This document shows, piece after piece, positions 59,625 through 64,000 of a DNA stretch of 64,000 bases. A program made the translations under genes and the position numbers. The stretch covers positions 3,776,001 to 3,840,000 of the forward strand of contig CBDCDC010000002.1 of assembly GCA_965215195.1 (NCBI GenBank). The letters run 5' to 3'. The stretch is from Candidatus Latescibacterota bacterium. GTDB lineage: Bacteria; Latescibacterota; UBA2968; UBA8231. Every line of letters begins with the position of its first letter. The stretch's first letter is position 1. The notes under the pieces were generated by a model. The model was not told the origin of the DNA, ran no database searches, and saw only the letters and a program-made list of their open reading frames with translations.

Positions 59625-60211
59625 ATTATGTTCCAAGCCGTATATTGGCGGGCAATCGAGTCGAATTCAGTATCGTTTCAAGTGACGACGGCATAGAGGA
59701 GGAAAAAGATGACCGATATCGATTCTGAACAGCATGAAGTCGAGGAAACTGGAGCAAGGGCGTGGGATCGGATCATGGGGGCATCGTTGGCACTTCCTGG
59801 GACAAAAGTTGACCGCAACAGCTTTCTTTATTCTCAACTCCATAATCATTGCGATGAGACGCAGGTTAGGAAGGCAATTGAAGACAGGCCTGCTAATGCT
59901 GGAATACCATCCAATCTGATTGATAGGTTGGCTGATGCCTGCATTAAGTCGCATGTTCGCAAAGCTTCTGCGATTTCATTTGGGACGGGCTTGCCGGGTG
60001 GTTGGGCGATGGCGGCCACAATTCCCGCCGACCTAGCTCAATTCTATTGGCACGCAATCGTCTTATCCCAGAAGTTGGCGCACTTATATGGCTGGCCAGA
60101 CTTACTGGAGGAAGACGAGGCTGACGAAGAGACTAAGGCGAGGATTACGCTACTCATCGGAGCGATGATGGGTGCTGAGGGAGTTAACAAAGTAATAAGC
60201 GAGGTGGCTAA

Positions 60212-61154
60212 GAGCCTATACGGAAATCATGTCAACCGTTCGACGATTTGAAAAATGATAAGCACCGAAGCGACCTGAATGAATGCTTCGTAATGGGTAC
60301 TCTTTTTCTCCCATCGGACCAACAGACGACGGAATCGATTATGCCAAGCATGGGTTCGTTCAACCACCCATCGACGAGCCGGATGTTTCTTTTGCGCGGG
60401 TATAGAGGCCTTGTCGGCTTGACTTTTCGCCAAGTGTAGGTGATAGTCGCGTTCCTCGACTCCTTCAATAACCTCGGCGTAGTCATAGCCTTTGTCCAGA
60501 CACAGATGGTGCAGCCGATAGACGACTTTCTTGGGTCTTTCCACGACGAGGCCATCCAACGTCGCCAGTGCTACCGTTTTGTCATGCGTATTGGCTGCGG
60601 TTACTTCCACGGCCAGCGGTGCGCCTCGCTGGTCGGTCAACACCGACCGTTTAGTGCCCTTTTTACCCCGATCGACCGGCGACGGACCGGTCGCTTCGCC
60701 GCCCAACGGCGCTTTGGTGATCACCCCATCGAGGGCTTGCCATTTCCAAGCAATGCCCACTTGCTTATCATAGTAGTGTAGCAGCGTCTGCCAAGCTCGG
60801 AGAAACACGCCTTGTTTCACCCACTGGCGGAACCGACCGTGGACGGTCGAGCCGGGTGCATAGGCTGCCCGCGGAATGGCCTGCCATTGGCAGCCGCTGC
60901 GCAACACAAAGATCATGGCGTCAAAAAGGACACGGTGGGGTGTGGGCGGACGTCCGACGGTGCCGGGTTGTTTTTCCGGACCCAGAATCGGGGCGATTAG
61001 ATTCCACAAGGCATCCGGGGTATGCCAGATCGTGTCCGGCGAATCGGTCTTGGTGGCCATGGCTTTCTTCCTCTTGGTTGAGGGTCAAATGGTACGGAAA
61101 GCGTAGGTCGCCAAGACCTTTGTATCAACAAAAAATCAATTTTCGTATAGGCTC
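60212..61154 (-). mobile_element. IS5-family insertion sequence (943 bp)
   Basis: TIRs GAGCCTATACGGAAAT / ATTTTCGTATAGGCTC (1 mismatch); TAA target duplication at 60209-60211 and 61155-61157. Confidence 0.92.
60227..61060 (-). CDS. IS5-family DDE transposase
   Basis: LRSGCQW, TVHGRFRQW, LDG, DRGKKGTKR, LDKGYD, RWVVERTHAWHNRFRRL. Confidence 0.93.
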   Translation of the reverse strand: MATKTDSPDTIWHTPDALWNLIAPILGPEKQPGTVGRPPTPHRVLFDAMIFVLRSGCQWQAIPRAAYAPGSTVHGRFRQWVKQGVFLRAWQTLLHYYDKQVGIAWKWQALDGVITKAPLGGEATGPSPVDRGKKGTKRSVLTDQRGAPLAVEVTAANTHDKTVALATLDGLVVERPKKVVYRLHHLCLDKGYDYAEVIEGVEERDYHLHLAKSQADKASIPAQKKHPARRWVVERTHAWHNRFRRLLVRWEKKSTHYEAFIQVASVLIIFQIVERLT

Positions 61155-61499
61155 TAAGCGATTTGCCAGCCAAACTGTGCGCCGTCTTCCGAGGCAGGCG
61201 CTCACTAAGACTATGTACTATCCGCTAATCAAACAGATTGGCAAATGGATTGGAATTAACGTCACCAAAAACACCTTTGCGCGTAGCGTGTCAAAAGTCG
61301 TGCCAATTATTGGCGGACTTATTTCCGCTGGCGTGACTGCGGCAATGATGAAACCTATGGCCAAGCGACTGAAGAATCACCTAAGAGAGTTGCGATTAGC
61401 ACATCCTGACGGTCATAACAGGTGAGAAGGGTGAGTTACACCCCATCGGTAAAGTCTGACTGAGGCCAGATTTTGGACGTTGACAGGAGAAAAGAATCG

Positions 61500-62447
61500 G
61501 TGAAAGGCGATACTAAGCAGGTTGACAATCAAGCTAGTAGTAACGGACAAGCTGCAAATCCACGCATTATCATCGACGCTAGCTACATTCGCGGCATGAG
61601 CAGAGACGGTGCGCCGCTTCGCACCATGAGTGAACAAGGCGGTCGCATCGTGCTAATCGATACTTTATCGTACGAGCTTATTACCTCCGATCGTAACCAA
61701 TGGCCCGCAGCGAAGAGTAGGCTTACAGCGTGCCAAGACGCTATCGAGGTCTGGGAACATGTCCCCAAGATGTTGAGGGTCGAGATTGAAGAGAACTGTC
61801 CGTACGGCGATCCTTTACGCCCTGAAGAAGAAACTGAACGCTTTCGAGAAATGCTGGCAAACGATCCGCAGGACGAGCCTGATGATTTGGGAGAAATAAT
61901 TGATAAGGTACGTCAAGAACGCGAAGGTCCCAATATACCTGAACTATTTCAGAACTTCGCAAGACTCAATAAAGAGTTTGGTGAGGAGATCACGGCAAAG
62001 ATCAAAGATAAAGCACCCCATGATAAAGAAGTTGTGCAAACTTGTTTCTCCGCAATTAACGATGACCAAAGCATTCGGTCAATGGTAGATATAGTCCGGT
62101 CCTCGGTGAAGAATGACATGGATGTTTCACTAAACCCCCAAGAAGTAAATGAAAAGTGGGTTATATGGCACTTTTCTAAATCGCTTCTCACCGTGCTCTG
62201 CGATTGTCTGCGGCGCGGTGAGAATGCGTTTAAGGAAATATCTAAGAACCATGAGAAACGTTTGAACAACATAACACATGACTTAGACTACTTGATTTTA
62301 TTGGCGTTTGCAGATGCGATTGCATCCCGCGAAACAAAAGGAGAATTGTTTTACTATCGGCGATGGATGTTTGGCGATGCCTTAAAACCGTTGATAAGCT
62401 CTTATAAAAAAGAGCAAATCGTGCATACATTACAGACAGATGTCTAA
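61500..62447 (+). CDS. Hypothetical PIN-like protein, copy 1 (N-terminal part)
   Basis: AGGAG SD before GTG 61500; RIIIDASY...DTLSYEL...HDLDYL...ADAIASRE acidic pattern. Confidence 0.6.
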   Translation: MKGDTKQVDNQASSNGQAANPRIIIDASYIRGMSRDGAPLRTMSEQGGRIVLIDTLSYELITSDRNQWPAAKSRLTACQDAIEVWEHVPKMLRVEIEENCPYGDPLRPEEETERFREMLANDPQDEPDDLGEIIDKVRQEREGPNIPELFQNFARLNKEFGEEITAKIKDKAPHDKEVVQTCFSAINDDQSIRSMVDIVRSSVKNDMDVSLNPQEVNEKWVIWHFSKSLLTVLCDCLRRGENAFKEISKNHEKRLNNITHDLDYLILLAFADAIASRETKGELFYYRRWMFGDALKPLISSYKKEQIVHTLQTDV

Positions 62448-62730
62448 AATCGCGATTTATGTAACTGAGCAACTAGATGGATATACGTATGCACTTGATC
62501 CTTGGAGCCGAGAGTCGCTAAAGATACAGGATTCGGAAACGCTACCTGCAAGCGTGTTTATCTCGTATGAAACCAAACGGCACTTTGAGTTTTTTAATGG
62601 CCCAATATGGAAACATACTGTAGAGATCCTTACAGGCTATTCGACACCAGAACTTCGGGAATTTGGTGGGGTCGTATTTGTGGATACCACAACACTAGAT
62701 CCTCTATTTGAGCCTTCAGAAGCGGTCTGA
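62440..62730 (+). CDS. Hypothetical protein; homolog of the C-terminal domain of copy 2
   Basis: MSKIAIYVTEQLDGY matches MSKVVVLVTEQLDGY, which is in frame in copy 2; stop codon supplied by a MITE end. Confidence 0.6.
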   Translation: MSKIAIYVTEQLDGYTYALDPWSRESLKIQDSETLPASVFISYETKRHFEFFNGPIWKHTVEILTGYSTPELREFGGVVFVDTTTLDPLFEPSEAV

Positions 62731-62822
62731 AAACCCTCAGCGGTTCGGCGGCGCGGCTCGACGGATCACGGCGAAAGGGATTCCCGCTTGTCTTGCTCCG
62801 CAAGGTGAAGCGCGGGAATGAC
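62719..62822. repeat. MITE family-1 end plus ATTCCCGC...GCGGGAAT palindrome
   Basis: GAAGCGGTCTGAAAACCCTC matches the ends of the 34851-34982 element; GGATTCCCGC...GCGGGAATGAC hairpin at 62778-62822. Confidence 0.65.
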
Positions 62823-62877
62823 AATGGGGACGACAGGAAGCCACAGACGATAAAGGCTGCGTAACGTCTGAATTATA

Positions 62878-63003
62878 CCTAACTACACGACACCAATAAC
62901 TTGTCGTTGATGGGCGATGAGTCCGGGATCGAGGGCGTCCCGCCCTCGACGAGGGCAAGATGCCCTCAATCCGAGGGTAAGGCCCTACTGTCGTGTACTT
63001 AGG
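62878..63003. mobile_element. 126-bp MITE (family 2) with AATTATA target duplication
   Basis: TIRs CCTAACTACACGACA / TGTCGTGTACTTAGG; AATTATA on both sides; internal GAGGGCAAGATGCCCTC and TCGAGGGCG-TCC-CGCCCTCGA palindromes. Confidence 0.8.
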
Positions 63004-63063
63004 AATTATACAAAAGAAGACATGGCAATGGAAGTTTTGGATGTTGACAGGAGGCAAGAGCGC

Positions 63064-64000
63064 ATGGAAGACAATCAAGCTAGTAGTAACGGACAAGCTG
63101 CAAATCCACGCATTATCATCGACGCTAGCTACATTCGCGGCATGAGCAAAGACGGTGCGCCGCTTCGCACCATGAGTGAACAAGGCGGCCGCATCGTTAT
63201 AACCGATACTTTAGCTCGCGAGCTTTTAACGTCAGATCGCAATCGATGGCCCGCAGAGAAGCAGAAGCTGGTGGAGTGCCGGGACGCTGTTGAGGTCTGG
63301 AAACATGTACCCGAGATGTATAGGATCGAGATTGAAAAGAACCGTCCGTACGGCGATCCTTTACGTCCTAAAAAAACTAAATGTATGCGAAAAATATTAA
63401 AAGAGAATCCAGATTTTCGATCTGACAATTTGGAGACACTAGTTGAGGATTGGAAGCAAGAAGCAGAAAGCGAAAGTAGTCTTGAATTATTGCGGATCCT
63501 CGCAACTTCTCAATCGCCATTTAGCGAAGAAGATATAAAAAAAATTAGAAACAGAGACCCCAATAATAAGGAAGTCGTTCAGGTCTGTTACAATTTGGTC
63601 AACGACCCAGAGAATATTCGGTTAGTAGTGAAGAATGTTGTTCAAAATCCCGATAAAGTAGATCACACTTGGGTCCTATGGCATCTATCTAAATCGCTTC
63701 TTGCAGTGCGTTGTGATAGAGAATGCCGAGGTAAAGATAAGTTTAAGAAAATATCAAATAAAAAATTGGCCAATATAAAACATGACTTAGACTACTTAGT
63801 TTTATTGGCATTCGCAGACGCGATTGCATCTCGCGAAACAAAAGGGGAACAGTTTTACTATCGTCGGTGGATGTTTGGCGATGGATCAAAGCCGTTGATA
63901 CGTTCTTATGAAAAAGAACAAATTATGCACAAATTCAGACAGATGTCCAAAGTCGTGGTTCTCGTAACCGAACAGCTAGATGGATATATATGTGCTCTCG
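63064..64000 (+). CDS. Hypothetical PIN-like protein, copy 2 (runs off the window end)
   Basis: Not in the ORF track; AGGAGG SD, ATG 63064, open to 64000; MEDNQASSNGQAANPRIIIDASY...HDLDYLVLLAFADAIASRE...FRQMSKVVVLVTEQLDGY. Confidence 0.75.
   Translation, partial: MEDNQASSNGQAANPRIIIDASYIRGMSKDGAPLRTMSEQGGRIVITDTLARELLTSDRNRWPAEKQKLVECRDAVEVWKHVPEMYRIEIEKNRPYGDPLRPKKTKCMRKILKENPDFRSDNLETLVEDWKQEAESESSLELLRILATSQSPFSEEDIKKIRNRDPNNKEVVQVCYNLVNDPENIRLVVKNVVQNPDKVDHTWVLWHLSKSLLAVRCDRECRGKDKFKKISNKKLANIKHDLDYLVLLAFADAIASRETKGEQFYYRRWMFGDGSKPLIRSYEKEQIMHKFRQMSKVVVLVTEQLDGYICAL

Larger units (their letters stand above)
59709..61425 (+). pseudogene. EcsC-like protein gene interrupted by an IS5-family element
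   Basis: Removing the IS and one TAA copy restores a 256-codon ORF (...ISEVAK|RFASQTVRRLPRQALTKT...KVVPIIGG...). Confidence 0.8.

Noticed and set aside
61500-64000. Diversity-generating retroelement (template/variable repeat pair)
   Set aside because: No reverse transcriptase in the window; divergence includes indels and is not adenine-specific
1-64000. tRNA, rRNA or riboswitch genes
   Set aside because: No cloverleaf, rRNA signature or TPP/cobalamin motif recognised by eye; a covariance-model scan would be needed to exclude them

Overview
GC-rich bacterial chromosome segment, inferred to come from an FCB-superphylum organism of the Ca. Latescibacterota/Gemmatimonadota type (PorV-family gene, many FlgD-Ig/T9SS-like C-terminal domains, tatA-gatA adjacency, two PhyH dioxygenases). 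1-27 kb is accessory: a cluster of secreted proteins with FlgD-Ig/'FTPNGDGxND' C-termini (including a tandemly duplicated A/B gene pair between a sugar-acid dehydratase and a DHDPS/NanA-family aldolase), arsC, alkB-like, dusB, CBM9-like protein, Ni-SOD, and a 9x lamin-tail-domain surface protein split at an in-frame A_AAA_AAG slippery site and preceded by a sigma54-type promoter. 27-59.6 kb is mostly housekeeping (gatA, tatA, pssA, htrA, truA, ecfT, ABC transporter, xerD, uvrC, rlmI, ndk-yceD-rpmF-fabHDG-acpP-fabF-rnc without plsX, lipoate ligase, oppDF-like, ppiD-like, NAD kinase). From 59.6 kb an AT-richer island holds an EcsC-like gene cleanly interrupted by an IS5-family element and two tandem, mosaic paralogs of a PIN-like unknown protein (one split by a 1-nt indel, one fused), separated by stacked MITE/REP elements. 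Deletion scars (amidohydrolase, HigA-like, HEPN-like, a secreted-protein paralog) and a CCWGG-depletion signature are visible. No rRNA, tRNA or CRISPR array was seen. All product calls come from motifs read by eye, with no database search.
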